From IMG/VR virus record IMGVR_UViG_3300012983_000036, positions 36,896-100,895 of that record: 64,000 bases of DNA; one strand, 5' to 3'. A program made the position numbers and the translations under genes. Position 1 is the stretch's first letter. Each line of letters begins with the position of its first letter. The stretch comes from a virus. Lineage: Duplodnaviria; Caudoviricetes. Shown piece after piece: positions 1 through 9,554 of the stretch. The notes below the pieces were generated by a model, which saw only the letters and a list, made by a program, of their open reading frames with translations, was not told the origin of the DNA and did not search any database.

Positions 1-2
1 TT

Positions 3-245
3 AATATAGGTAATAAGCTCGCAGCCGCCTGTAGAAGTATAGCTGATAAGTTAGAACGTCCTGATTATGCAAGATTAGTAAAAGCACTGCCTGAAGTTTA
101 TCAGGGACTTATGTTCTGTAACTATGATAAACCTTTTACTATGCAGGACTTTACTCAGAAGTGGGATGAGTCTAAGTGGGATACTTATCTAACTAACTTT
201 GAAAAGCTTGAACTTGATTCTATTGAAATTGAAAGTGAGGAATAA
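3..245 (+). CDS. 5'-truncated hypothetical protein (C-terminal 80 aa)
   Basis: Open frame 3 from window start (NIGNKLAAACRS...EIESEE) to TAA 243-245; not in ORF track. Confidence 0.7.
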   Translation, partial: NIGNKLAAACRSIADKLERPDYARLVKALPEVYQGLMFCNYDKPFTMQDFTQKWDESKWDTYLTNFEKLELDSIEIESEE

Positions 246-246
246 T

Positions 247-1020
247 ATGAATGGTTATATGGCTACTGAGTTAGCTTATAAAAACGGTTATAAAAAAGGT
301 ATAGAAGACAGTATGGCGAAAGAATATCGAGAAGCACCTTCTATGGAAAACATGGAGAAACAATTTATAGAAAGAGACAGTGTTGTTTCTGAACTAGATG
401 AGTTAATAAAAATCTATGTAGATGATGGTAGCGTACAGTGTCATATAGCAGCAGGAACTGTGATTGATATACGTGATAATATTATACTTGCTCGTAAGCC
501 TGTAAGAGTTGTCGAGGTGCCAATAGAAGGTATGGGAGAAGTGTCTGATGGCTTCCATACTTTTAATGAACTCTATCATCACAGAGCAGTACTTTTTTCA
601 GTAATTTGTAATTCTATGCCAGATAAATCTTGGAAGAGTAAATTACATAGTACTGGTGATATGTTCCCTGGAATGTTTGTAGTCGGTATAAGTACACCAG
701 AAGGCTATGCAACTTATCATTTTGATATTGAGCCTTACTGGGATTTGTTTAAAGTACAAGAACTTGCTATGGCACCTGAATGGGATGGTCATACCCCTGA
801 AGATGCCATTAACCGAATTTCTAAATTGCAATTTAATTCAGCTGATAAAATAACAGGTAAATGGAAGCTTGTTCATAAAGGATTATTAGGAAGTGACTAT
901 GCCTGTAGTTTTTGTGGACATTCTGCTTCGGTGGGCAATAACTGTGGTCATTTTGATAACTTAACACCTTATTGTTCAAATTGTGGTTCTTTAATGAAAG
1001 GAGAGTCTGTAAATGATTAG
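247..1020 (+). CDS. WDGH-domain protein with C-terminal Zn-ribbon
   Basis: GFHTFNELYHHR...WDGHT motif; CSFCG...YCSNCGSLM; start moved to ATG 247 after GAGG RBS. Confidence 0.75.
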   Translation: MNGYMATELAYKNGYKKGIEDSMAKEYREAPSMENMEKQFIERDSVVSELDELIKIYVDDGSVQCHIAAGTVIDIRDNIILARKPVRVVEVPIEGMGEVSDGFHTFNELYHHRAVLFSVICNSMPDKSWKSKLHSTGDMFPGMFVVGISTPEGYATYHFDIEPYWDLFKVQELAMAPEWDGHTPEDAINRISKLQFNSADKITGKWKLVHKGLLGSDYACSFCGHSASVGNNCGHFDNLTPYCSNCGSLMKGESVND

Positions 1021-1267
1021 TGTTGGTTGTATTGTAGCTATTATACTTGCTTGGAATTTTCTAGGTTTTGTTGCTTTAATGGTTATTCCTTATAGTAAAG
1101 ATGCTAATGAAATATGTGAGATTTTCAACCCTAGTGAAATTTATGAAATGTTAGGTGTAAATAAATTTGGCTGTGCTATGGTAACAATATTTTTTAATCT
1201 ACTTTGTCCTATATTTGCTATTGGCTATTGGTTTTACTGGTTATGTACAGTTGGGAGGACTCGGTAG
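1013..1267 (+). CDS. small membrane protein (2 TM)
   Basis: Two hydrophobic segments; AAGGAG RBS. Confidence 0.7.
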   Translation: MISVGCIVAIILAWNFLGFVALMVIPYSKDANEICEIFNPSEIYEMLGVNKFGCAMVTIFFNLLCPIFAIGYWFYWLCTVGRTR

Positions 1268-1269
1268 TA

Positions 1270-1563
1270 ATGAAAGAATTTGTTGATCGTCAACTTATAC
1301 TTAATCATAAACGCAGAATGAGTGGATTTGATTTCACTGAAGAATTTTGGGATGAAGCTGTTTTGTGTGAAGATATTAAAAATGTTCCTGCAGCAGATGT
1401 GCAAGAAGTAAAACATGGTGAGTGGGTTGTTTGCGGAGACGGTAAATATGTACCTTTTATGTGTACTGCTTGTGGTAAAACTACTTCTTGGTATCATAAA
1501 CAGGTAGCAGACTTTTGTCCTAGATGCGGAGCTAAGATGATCAAGGAGGTAACCAATGGCTAA
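1270..1563 (+). CDS. Zn-ribbon phage protein
   Basis: PAADVQEVKHGEW...CTACG...FCPRCGAKM; start at ATG 1270 after GGAGG. Confidence 0.75.
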   Translation: MKEFVDRQLILNHKRRMSGFDFTEEFWDEAVLCEDIKNVPAADVQEVKHGEWVVCGDGKYVPFMCTACGKTTSWYHKQVADFCPRCGAKMIKEVTNG

Positions 1564-1786
1564 GTTAATAAGAGATTGGGACGATTTGGCTGATTTAGAG
1601 TCTGAGTATTATACTATCAGTGTTGATAGGTATGTAGGTTGTGGCTATATTATTCCTAAAGATGAGTTTTCAGATAGAAGACAACATTATTTAAGCACTC
1701 ATACTTTTTATAATAGCAGCTGCAAAGGTTATGAGGACTTATTACAAATATGCGGCTTTGATGTAGTGCTTCAAAGTTGGGATTAA
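1556..1786 (+). CDS. hypothetical protein
   Basis: GGAGG RBS, coupled to previous ORF. Confidence 0.7.
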   Translation: MAKLIRDWDDLADLESEYYTISVDRYVGCGYIIPKDEFSDRRQHYLSTHTFYNSSCKGYEDLLQICGFDVVLQSWD

Positions 1787-1791
1787 TAAGG

Positions 1792-1826
1792 AAAAGAATC
1801 TGATAAATAAATATCAGATTCTTTTT
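1792..1826 (+). terminator. intrinsic terminator
   Basis: AAAAGAATCTGATA/TATCAGATTCTTTT 14-bp inverted repeat with T tract. Confidence 0.75.
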
Positions 1827-1853
1827 ATTTTGTAATTCCTATTAGAATTATAC

Positions 1854-1862
1854 TGTATTATA
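1854..1862 (+). promoter_or_regulatory. class A promoter-like motif (YGTATWWTA)
   Basis: TGTATTATA between terminator and RBS; recurs in 12 intergenic gaps. Confidence 0.6.
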
Positions 1863-1888
1863 TTATATCAACGAAAGGTAGAATAATT

Positions 1889-2206
1889 ATGGCAAAATTT
1901 GTAGATTTAGATTTAATTATAAGTGAAATAGCTAAGGCTCAAGTGGAGTTAGAAACTGACGATGATACAAATTGGCGTATAAATAAACCTATTTATAAAG
2001 GTCTTTGCTGGGCACGAAATATTATAGAAAGCGCTCCAGTAGTTGAATCATCTCAAGTTTTTGACTGTGGCTATTGGGAGGAAGTTCAGGGTAAGGTGTA
2101 TAGATGTTCTAAATGTCATCATGCAGCAACAGTAGATATTAATGATAATTTTGTTAAAACTAAACGTTGTTTAAATTGTGGTGCGATTATGAAGGAGGAC
2201 GGTTAA
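1889..2206 (+). CDS. Zn-ribbon phage protein
   Basis: CSKCH...RCLNCGAIM. Confidence 0.75.
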   Translation: MAKFVDLDLIISEIAKAQVELETDDDTNWRINKPIYKGLCWARNIIESAPVVESSQVFDCGYWEEVQGKVYRCSKCHHAATVDINDNFVKTKRCLNCGAIMKEDG

Positions 2207-2554
2207 ATGCGAATTGTAAATAACTTATTTGCTTTAGACGAAATACCTATTCTTTGGCAGTACCTATATATGGATGAAAATCATTATATTACTGTAGATA
2301 ATGGTGTTGCAAAATTAGAAATACGTATGCGAGAGAATTTTTCGTTTCACGCCAAAAATCTTAACTTTCCAGACCTACCAGATTTAGAATATACTGATAT
2401 GATGGTAATACCTAATATGCTTGGTATTATAGATCAGCTTAAGAATACTCCTCCTATTGAGTTTCCAGAAGCTTTTAAATCTAGGTGGGATGAAATACGT
2501 AATATAACTTTATCTGTTATAGGTTTAAACAAAATGCGCCAGAAAGGAAGATAA
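2207..2554 (+). CDS. hypothetical protein
   Basis: GGAGG RBS, abuts previous stop. Confidence 0.7.
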   Translation: MRIVNNLFALDEIPILWQYLYMDENHYITVDNGVAKLEIRMRENFSFHAKNLNFPDLPDLEYTDMMVIPNMLGIIDQLKNTPPIEFPEAFKSRWDEIRNITLSVIGLNKMRQKGR

Positions 2555-2555
2555 C

Positions 2556-3044
2556 ATGGCTAGATATGTAAATATTGATAATCTTGAATATACTTCCTAT
2601 ATTCTTGATGGAGGTTTTTCAGAAACCACCTTTATTACAAAAGAGGATCTTGAAAAAGTGTGTGAAGTGTCGGTTAAACCAGTGACTTACGGTAGTTGGA
2701 GGTTAGAGACAGATGAGGAATGCCCAAATCCAATGTTTAAGTTAGTTATTTGCTCTAATTGTAAAGAGTCTTCGAATAGCACTTATAGATTTTGTCCTAA
2801 CTGTGGTGCAGACATGAGCGGCCTTAAATCAGCAGAGATTAGAATGCCTAAAGAGCTTTTGGAGTCTTTAAAACATATTAAGCCTCAGCTAGAAACAAAA
2901 GTTTGTGGTAGGTGGATTAAAGCCTCTTGCTCAGAACATGATGGTGATGCTCATTGTTCAGAATGCGGGCATTGGGACTGGTCAGATTGTAATTATTGCT
3001 CTAAGTGTGGTGCTAAAATGTGTATAAGTTATGAAGGTGATTAA
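2556..3044 (+). CDS. protein with two tandem Zn-ribbon modules
   Basis: CSNC...FCPNCGADM and CSECG...YCSKCGAKM. Confidence 0.75.
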   Translation: MARYVNIDNLEYTSYILDGGFSETTFITKEDLEKVCEVSVKPVTYGSWRLETDEECPNPMFKLVICSNCKESSNSTYRFCPNCGADMSGLKSAEIRMPKELLESLKHIKPQLETKVCGRWIKASCSEHDGDAHCSECGHWDWSDCNYCSKCGAKMCISYEGD

Positions 3045-3046
3045 AA

Positions 3047-3226
3047 ATGGATACTTGTGGTCAGTGTAAGCATTTTTTAGGTGGCGGTGATTGGAATTTA
3101 TGTTGTGATATTTCACATCCTACACCTAAAGAAAAGGAACAGGGCCGTATTTTTGTATTAGGTCATTTATGTTATGCTTGTACAGAAGCTTGCGATGCTT
3201 TTGAAAGGAATGATAAAAATGAATGA
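3047..3226 (+). CDS. small Cys-rich protein (59 aa, not in ORF track)
   Basis: MDTCGQCKHFLGGGDWNLCC...; AAGGTG RBS; fills gap. Confidence 0.65.
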   Translation: MDTCGQCKHFLGGGDWNLCCDISHPTPKEKEQGRIFVLGHLCYACTEACDAFERNDKNE

Positions 3227-3623
3227 GAAGCAGTTTACAGAAACTTATTGCTCTAATTGTGGTACGCAAAGATGCGAGGGAGTAGGATCTCCTTGGTTTG
3301 AGGGTTGTAGATATAGGTGGAATCTTGATGGTATTGATGCTGCAGCTGAGATAGAAAGACTTACTAAACAGGTTATGAATTTAGCCACTCAGCTCGCTTG
3401 TTCAAAAGTACCGACTGCTCATTGGACAGGTAAATTGCCTGCAGATAATGCACATGCAGAAGGTTTTGCACCTTGGTTTACTGAAATAGATAAACAGGCT
3501 TATATTGAAAGCCAAAATCATATTACACACTGCTCTAACTGTCTAGCTGGATATGATGATCGTTTACTGGCGGGTATTAATTACTGCTATGCTTGTGGTG
3601 CGAAAATAGAAGCTGAAAAATGA
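3219..3623 (+). CDS. Cys-rich protein with C-terminal Zn-ribbon
   Basis: CSNCGTQRC and CSNC...YCYACGAKI; start at MNEKQ after AAGGA. Confidence 0.7.
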   Translation: MNEKQFTETYCSNCGTQRCEGVGSPWFEGCRYRWNLDGIDAAAEIERLTKQVMNLATQLACSKVPTAHWTGKLPADNAHAEGFAPWFTEIDKQAYIESQNHITHCSNCLAGYDDRLLAGINYCYACGAKIEAEK

Positions 3624-3648
3624 AAAATAAACTGAGGAGTATTTAAAA

Positions 3649-3912
3649 ATGCCAACTTTAATAACAGGATTAATGTATGAAGAGCACGGAGACTGCTCTG
3701 AACTTAAAAGACAAATTCATATTGAAAAACAAGGTTATAAATATATAGCAAAAGCTTTTGAAAACTATGATTTTGTACCTATTAATAAGGGTAGATTTTT
3801 TTATAAGCATTTATTAAAAGATATTGAAGCTTATAAAAAATCGCGTAGTTCTTTCTATGCAGGTTATAAAGCTGACATTATAAAGACGGTCCATATACCT
3901 TTTGAGGATTAA
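3649..3912 (+). CDS. hypothetical protein
   Basis: GAGGAG RBS. Confidence 0.7.
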   Translation: MPTLITGLMYEEHGDCSELKRQIHIEKQGYKYIAKAFENYDFVPINKGRFFYKHLLKDIEAYKKSRSSFYAGYKADIIKTVHIPFED

Positions 3913-3915
3913 AAT

Positions 3916-4095
3916 ATGGATTATAATAAGTGTTGTGATAATTGTCGTTGGTGTCTGAATGCTGGCACACCTGTTGTAGAGCCTTGTTCTTTTTGGGATG
4001 AATGTCTATCTCACAGTCTGGCTCACTTTGAGCCTACTACTTGGTGTATTTTAAAAACTAGATTGAAGAATTTTTTAAAAGGACTGATAAAATGA
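3916..4095 (+). CDS. small Cys-rich protein (59 aa, not in ORF track)
   Basis: MDYNKCCDNCRWC...; GAGGA RBS; ATGA overlap with next gene. Confidence 0.65.
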   Translation: MDYNKCCDNCRWCLNAGTPVVEPCSFWDECLSHSLAHFEPTTWCILKTRLKNFLKGLIK

Positions 4096-4487
4096 TTACT
4101 TGTAAGGATTGTCTTTGTTATGAAGCTTGTGGTTATCATATAACAGAGGAGACAGATATGACAGTAGAAGAATGTTCTACAGGATTCAAACATAAAGATC
4201 AGTATACTCAGTTACCTGTTTATATAGGTCAGCCTATTTGGCGAGTTATTACTTACTATGGTGGTAAAGTTGAGCTTGTTGAAGGCAAAGTTTCGATGAT
4301 ACAGCAAAAAGCAGATAGGTCTTGGAAGTTTCGTATGTCTAGAAAAGGTTCTGTTGGTGACTATACTTTAAAAGATATTGGTACTAGAGTTTTTTTAGAT
4401 AAACTCCAGGCTGATAAGATTTATGAGGAAACAATACGTGAGGTTGAAGCTTTAAAATCGGAGGTTAATGATGACTGGTTTGATTAA
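4092..4487 (+). CDS. hypothetical protein, 'PxxxGDxxW/Y..GKxVF' paralogue family
   Basis: LPVYIGQPIWRV...IGTRVFLDKLQA. Confidence 0.7.
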   Translation: MITCKDCLCYEACGYHITEETDMTVEECSTGFKHKDQYTQLPVYIGQPIWRVITYYGGKVELVEGKVSMIQQKADRSWKFRMSRKGSVGDYTLKDIGTRVFLDKLQADKIYEETIREVEALKSEVNDDWFD

Positions 4488-4833
4488 AGAAGAAAGTAAA
4501 AGTAAATTAATTGAACTTATTTATTCTGCTTATGCCGAGTGTGATTCTCTTATGACTCCTTATATTACCTATCGTGGGGCTGAGGTGATGGCAGAGCATA
4601 TTTTAAATAAAAATATTACTTTTGTGCCCTTTAAACCGGGTGATATGCTGTATTATATAGATAGAGAAACAGGTAAGCTTGAAACTGATATTATAAAATA
4701 TATTACTATTACTAAAGAGGGCATAAAACCGATTTTAGTTGATCATAATATTAGGTTTTGGGAAGTCTATACTTTCGGAGTAAATGTGTTCTTATCTAAG
4801 ATTAAAGCTGAAAAAGTTTTAAATAAAATGTGA
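4468..4833 (+). CDS. hypothetical protein, same paralogue family
   Basis: VPFKPGDMLYYI...FGVNVFLSKIKAE. Confidence 0.7.
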   Translation: MMTGLIKEESKSKLIELIYSAYAECDSLMTPYITYRGAEVMAEHILNKNITFVPFKPGDMLYYIDRETGKLETDIIKYITITKEGIKPILVDHNIRFWEVYTFGVNVFLSKIKAEKVLNKM

Positions 4834-4843
4834 GGTATTAAAA

Positions 4844-5179
4844 ATGACTTTTAAAGAAGAACTTAGTCATAGAGCGAATACTTATTTATCTATGCAGGAT
4901 ATTCAAAAGCATATGGAATATATTAAAGAACAGCTAAATATTTTTTATAACAAAAGAATATATTATATATCTTTAATTAAACCACATTGTTCAATGGCTA
5001 TTGGGAGCACTACTCACAATCATACAACTTTATTTATTCCGGGTAATGTTATACCTGAGATTTATTATCAAAGTTTTATTTCTGAATTTGAAAAACTTGG
5101 ATTTAGTACAACTGATTTAGACCTAAAAATTTCTAAACAAGACAATTTTGATAGTTATGAGATTATATTAAAATGGTAA
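4844..5179 (+). CDS. hypothetical protein
   Basis: GAGG RBS. Confidence 0.65.
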   Translation: MTFKEELSHRANTYLSMQDIQKHMEYIKEQLNIFYNKRIYYISLIKPHCSMAIGSTTHNHTTLFIPGNVIPEIYYQSFISEFEKLGFSTTDLDLKISKQDNFDSYEIILKW

Positions 5180-5198
5180 ACACAGAAAGGTGATTTAT

Positions 5199-5807
5199 AT
5201 GACTGAGCACGAAAAAACGCAACTTTTAGAGACTTTAAATAATTTTCCTGTCTGGCATTCTACACTTAAAGAGACCTGGATGCCTCAAGCTATTGAAAAG
5301 CTCGCTGATTATCTTTTTGAAGAAGGTATGATAGTACCCCCTTGTAAAGTTGGTTCTACGGTATATAGAATACTTGAAAAGGGTCCTAATAACTGGATAC
5401 TTGGTGAAGGTGTTATAGTAGAAATTAGACAGCGTATTGGTCAAGCTCTTGAAATTATTGAACAACGTGTTTCACCAGAAGGTCATTGTGAATATTATCC
5501 TATACCTTTTTATACTTTTGGAAAATCTACTTTTTGCGACAGAAAGCTAGCAGAAGAGGCTATAAAAAAGCTTACTAACGCATCAGGTAAGATTCTATGC
5601 CGCGAGTGTGGGTCTGAGATGTATTTAGATGATAAAGATATTAATTTTAAAGGTAATTATGATAATTACTGGAATTGTAAGAAATGTCAAACCTCTTGTA
5701 TAGAACAAGTAAGATTTTCTCAGCGTTGGAAAGAAATTTGGCATTCAGAAAATAATGATGAAGTAAAGGACTATGAGTTTAAATATAATATTGTAACTAA
5801 TAAATAA
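5199..5807 (+). CDS. paralogue-family domain fused to Zn-finger
   Basis: PPCKVGSTVYRI...FGKSTF..AE plus CRECG...CKKC. Confidence 0.7.
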   Translation: MTEHEKTQLLETLNNFPVWHSTLKETWMPQAIEKLADYLFEEGMIVPPCKVGSTVYRILEKGPNNWILGEGVIVEIRQRIGQALEIIEQRVSPEGHCEYYPIPFYTFGKSTFCDRKLAEEAIKKLTNASGKILCRECGSEMYLDDKDINFKGNYDNYWNCKKCQTSCIEQVRFSQRWKEIWHSENNDEVKDYEFKYNIVTNK

Positions 5808-5941
5808 ACTAGCTTAGATTCTTTGTTTACATTTGCTGAGTGTAAATCAGTTAGTAAAAGAAACGTGTCTTAAAACAAGTTTTAGAGCTCAATAAAGCTA
5901 TTTAAAAATTTAAATAAAAATTAATTAATGTGTTAAATATC

Positions 5942-5975
5942 AATTCTGTTAGTTGTATTATATACTAACAGAATT
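5942..5975 (+). promoter_or_regulatory. class A motif in the loop of a 12-bp inverted repeat
   Basis: AATTCTGTTAGT-TGTATTATAT-ACTAACAGAATT. Confidence 0.6.
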
Positions 5976-6000
5976 TTTTATTTTAAAAAGGAGACTTATT

Positions 6001-6384
6001 ATGGGAATGGATTTTAAATATGCAGGTAGCGCTAGCTATCCAAGATTTGATAGAGAGCTTTGTTCTATTGCAGAAGCTTTAGGTGGTATTAAAACTGAAC
6101 ATTTAAAAGAACGTGAAAGTACTGAAAATGAGCGTTTTCTTGGTTATTGGTTCGGCTTCTTAAGTTCAGATGATCCTTCTAAGACTAAGTTTGTATTTCC
6201 TAAAGGGACTAATGAAACTTTAGTAAAATGGTTTAATAATATTTATGATTTTTTTACACCTGCTGAAGTTAAAATTATTTGGTCTTTAATTTCAAAGCAT
6301 CCGGAAGTAAAAGATCTTTCTAGACAGATTTGGAGTGAATTAGAAGCCTGTAGTCAGTATAATTCTGCTTGGGATCTTAATTAA
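6001..6384 (+). CDS. hypothetical protein
   Basis: AAGGAG RBS before ATG 6001. Confidence 0.75.
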   Translation: MGMDFKYAGSASYPRFDRELCSIAEALGGIKTEHLKERESTENERFLGYWFGFLSSDDPSKTKFVFPKGTNETLVKWFNNIYDFFTPAEVKIIWSLISKHPEVKDLSRQIWSELEACSQYNSAWDLN

Positions 6385-6400
6385 GAAAGGATTTTAAATA

Positions 6401-6607
6401 ATGAAACAAAATCAAATAGCAAATGTTAAAATTAATTTAAATATTTCAAAACACAGCCTTGAAGGTTTGATTGTATTGTTTGACTCCAAGAGTAATTATA
6501 TGATTCACCATAACAAAGAAAGAGCACTAGATATGGTTGACTGTATTATTGATCTTATGACTGAAGTTAAAAGAGCTATTGAGCTTGATGATGGTAAAGG
6601 AGATTAA
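6401..6607 (+). CDS. hypothetical protein
   Basis: AAGGA RBS. Confidence 0.65.
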   Translation: MKQNQIANVKINLNISKHSLEGLIVLFDSKSNYMIHHNKERALDMVDCIIDLMTEVKRAIELDDGKGD

Positions 6608-6623
6608 AGGAGGAGAAATCTAT

Positions 6624-7643
6624 ATGTCTAAAAGTATAAATTCTATATCTAAGGACACTTTAACTATTTTGTGTGTAAAAACAGATAAGGGATGTTTTAT
6701 TTCAGATTGTACCGCTACTAGTGGATATGATTATAATTATCACAAGCCTAAGATTGAAAAAATGTTTTTTGACGGTAAGACACCTTCAGCAACCTTTTAT
6801 CCAAACTGGTTCTTTATCGAGCAGTACCCAACTATTGTGCAAAAAGAAGTTCCTGGTGGTATGCTAAATAAACGTTATGAGTTAGTTGATAAGTCATTAG
6901 AATCTGATAAAATGCCTAGTATTATCCCTTATGATGAAAATGATAAGTATAACGCTGCTGTCATTGAAAGCTTGTATAGATTTGCTTATGAGGAAGCACC
7001 TCCTCATTTAGAGGAGGTTGATTGCGAGCTTCAAGTGGTTTGTGAGATAGATAACTATGTTTTTCCAGCTAAAATGGATTATAAAGCAATAACACGTCGT
7101 AATTATTCAGATGTGACTTATTCTATTAAAAACATTGATGTTCAGCATCAATTGCTTGATAAGATGATTTTTCCTGCTATACTTCTTTCAGAAAGACCTT
7201 GTAAGCTTTCTTCTAAGCAGATGTATGATTTGACTCGCCAGCATATTTTAGAAAATATTGATAATTCTGTTGCAAAAATTACTTCTAATTATGATTTTTG
7301 TTTTGAAGTAAAAAAGCTTGTTCCTTTAATCGAGCCAGAAACTATTTCTTATCATAATATTTTTGCTAGAACTAAGAAAGAACGAAATAAAATTCATACT
7401 ACTATTAAAAAATATGAAGAGAAACTTATATTTGAAATGACTCATGATCAGTCTAAGTATAATAACTATTCAGTTATTCCTGAACTCTGTGCTAATAGCG
7501 AGACGGAACTGAAGGAAAAGGTTGATACATGGTTAGAAGGTTTGATGGAGACTATTAATAAACCTTTATGTCAGTGCCCCCATTGTCAAGGTTCGGGTTA
7601 TATAGATGAAATAGTAAAATCAGAGTTTAGTTATAATAAATAA
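6624..7643 (+). CDS. hypothetical phage protein with C-terminal CxxCxGxG
   Basis: AGGAGG RBS before ATG 6624; CPHCQGSG. Confidence 0.8.
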   Translation: MSKSINSISKDTLTILCVKTDKGCFISDCTATSGYDYNYHKPKIEKMFFDGKTPSATFYPNWFFIEQYPTIVQKEVPGGMLNKRYELVDKSLESDKMPSIIPYDENDKYNAAVIESLYRFAYEEAPPHLEEVDCELQVVCEIDNYVFPAKMDYKAITRRNYSDVTYSIKNIDVQHQLLDKMIFPAILLSERPCKLSSKQMYDLTRQHILENIDNSVAKITSNYDFCFEVKKLVPLIEPETISYHNIFARTKKERNKIHTTIKKYEEKLIFEMTHDQSKYNNYSVIPELCANSETELKEKVDTWLEGLMETINKPLCQCPHCQGSGYIDEIVKSEFSYNK

Positions 7644-7666
7644 AGAGAGAAAGAGAGCATGTAGTT

Positions 7667-8263
7667 ATGGTATATAAAAGTCATCAAATTTGGCGAGATA
7701 CTTTAGGCGTTGGTGCAGGTTATCAAACTGTTCCTAGTCATTATAAATTTGGAAAAAAACTTAAAACTTTACGAAATAGTAAGCCAAACATTCCTTATAC
7801 CCTTGAAATCGAATGTAATTCATATTGGGGTAATTTTGAGAGAGAATTTCTTGGTTATGCTTTGGGTATTCTCGATGATGTTCAAATGAATATTGATTTT
7901 GCAGATAAGGAACGTGCGATGTTCTGGAAAGAGGTTTTTAATTCAGATGAAGTAGTATCTTTTGAAGATGCTTTAGATTCTTATGAGCTTTTGCGTGATT
8001 ATCTATTTGAAACTTTTCAAGATGTAGATGACTGGGAGCAGCTTACTTTTTATGAAATTGATTGGGAAGCTATGCACAAGGAAGATCGTAATATTTTAGT
8101 AGTTCAGTTAGCTAAACCTTTGAGTACCTATTGGGAAGAAATTATTATTCCTCGAATGAAACGATTTTTTGAATTAAAGATTTATGAGTATATGGATAAG
8201 GATGCTGAATTAACTGGTATTACTCTTTGCAGTAAAGGTCATAATCCAATAAAAAGTTATTAA
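7667..8263 (+). CDS. hypothetical protein
   Basis: 198-aa ORF in operon. Confidence 0.75.
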   Translation: MVYKSHQIWRDTLGVGAGYQTVPSHYKFGKKLKTLRNSKPNIPYTLEIECNSYWGNFEREFLGYALGILDDVQMNIDFADKERAMFWKEVFNSDEVVSFEDALDSYELLRDYLFETFQDVDDWEQLTFYEIDWEAMHKEDRNILVVQLAKPLSTYWEEIIIPRMKRFFELKIYEYMDKDAELTGITLCSKGHNPIKSY

Positions 8264-8278
8264 AAGGAGGCTATTAAA

Positions 8279-8536
8279 ATGTTTGATTTTTTTAAGAGCT
8301 TTAAACCTTATTACTGGATGGGGTTAAGAACTATTGGTGGCCGTGATGGCATTCGTTTTTGTATTCAATTTGCTGGTAAGTGCGATTCAAGCTGGAGTGA
8401 TTTTTATGAAGACACTAATAAGCCCTGGAAAAAGTGGTATACAAATCCATTTTTTCAGAATAACTCAGGATATGATGAAAGCTTGGATAGGTACCGTGTT
8501 CGTTTTATTTTTATGTGGCTTATGATACAGTGGTAA
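8279..8536 (+). CDS. hypothetical protein
   Basis: AGGAGG RBS. Confidence 0.7.
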   Translation: MFDFFKSFKPYYWMGLRTIGGRDGIRFCIQFAGKCDSSWSDFYEDTNKPWKKWYTNPFFQNNSGYDESLDRYRVRFIFMWLMIQW

Positions 8537-8543
8537 AAAACTT

Positions 8544-8580
8544 AGAGATTATTAAGAACTTTCTTAATAATCTCTTTTTT
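8544..8580 (+). terminator. intrinsic terminator
   Basis: AGAGATTATTAAGAA/TTCTTAATAATCTCT 15-bp inverted repeat plus T tract. Confidence 0.75.
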
Positions 8581-8586
8581 ATTTAC

Positions 8587-8595
8587 CGTATAATA
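8587..8595 (+). promoter_or_regulatory. class A promoter-like motif
   Basis: CGTATAATA. Confidence 0.6.
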
Positions 8596-8626
8596 AATAG
8601 ATAAAATTTTTGGAGGCTTATAATAC

Positions 8627-8887
8627 ATGAAATATAAAAAGAAACTTGAGGTTGTTGAAGCTGTTCAGTGGTTAGGTAATAACATAGATGACCTAGAGAC
8701 CTTTGTTGGGTCTGCATTGCATCATACTACAGAGGAAGATGGCAGAATCGTTGTTTCAGTAACGACTTTTAAAGGACCGGTACGAGTGGATGAGGGCGAT
8801 TATGTTGTCCAAGTTCCGGGTACTCAGCATTTTTACCCTTATAGGCCTAGCTTATTTGAAAGTAACTATGAACCTTTGGAGGATTAG
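8627..8887 (+). CDS. PGDYG-family protein
   Basis: MKYKKK..VVEAVQW...EGDYVV...FYPYRPSLFESNYE. Confidence 0.65.
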   Translation: MKYKKKLEVVEAVQWLGNNIDDLETFVGSALHHTTEEDGRIVVSVTTFKGPVRVDEGDYVVQVPGTQHFYPYRPSLFESNYEPLED

Positions 8888-8890
8888 AAA

Positions 8891-9313
8891 ATGAGTAGAA
8901 TGTCTATAGATGAATATTATCTTAATATAGCCAAAGCTGTGAGCAAGAGGTCCTCTTGTTTACGTAGACAATATGGTGCCGTTATAGTTAATAATAAAGA
9001 AATTGTAAGCACTGGTTATAATGGAGCTCCCAGGGGTGAAACAAATTGCTGTGACCTTGGTGTATGTCATAGATTAAATGCAGCACATGGTACTGGTGAT
9101 TATAGTGAGTGCAGAAGTGTACATGCAGAACAGAATGCTATCATATCAGCAGCTAGATCCGAAATGCTCGGCGCAACTATCTATCTCTACGGTGAAGAAA
9201 ATGGAAAAGAAATTGAAGCTATACCTTGTCCTATCTGCGCTCGCATGATAAATAATGCTGGGATTGAGAAAATTGTAACTTCGGAGGGTTGCAGCTATGT
9301 TAAATCTTTTTAA
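8891..9313 (+). CDS. dCMP deaminase (ComEB-like)
   Basis: RSSCLRRQYGA, STGYNG, HAEQNA, PCPIC zinc motifs. Confidence 0.92.
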   Translation: MSRMSIDEYYLNIAKAVSKRSSCLRRQYGAVIVNNKEIVSTGYNGAPRGETNCCDLGVCHRLNAAHGTGDYSECRSVHAEQNAIISAARSEMLGATIYLYGEENGKEIEAIPCPICARMINNAGIEKIVTSEGCSYVKSF

Positions 9314-9554
9314 AGTTTTATTGAATAAAGCCTCAGTTAAGCCTTTATGTTCTTTGCTTGGCCTTGACCCGAGTATAATAAATCATTTACAGCAAGCTCA
9401 GAGACCTCATCTTTCTACAAAACAGGCAGGTAAATTATATAATAATCTCTATTTGCCGAAAACATCTTGGATAGCTTGCTGTAAATGTCGTTATCGTCAA
9501 GAATACGAAACGCGAGAGCTTCGTACAGGATGTTATTTAGGAGATGAAGGTTAA
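9297..9554 (+). CDS. hypothetical protein
   Basis: GGAGG RBS, coupled. Confidence 0.6.
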   Translation: MLNLFKVLLNKASVKPLCSLLGLDPSIINHLQQAQRPHLSTKQAGKLYNNLYLPKTSWIACCKCRYRQEYETRELRTGCYLGDEG

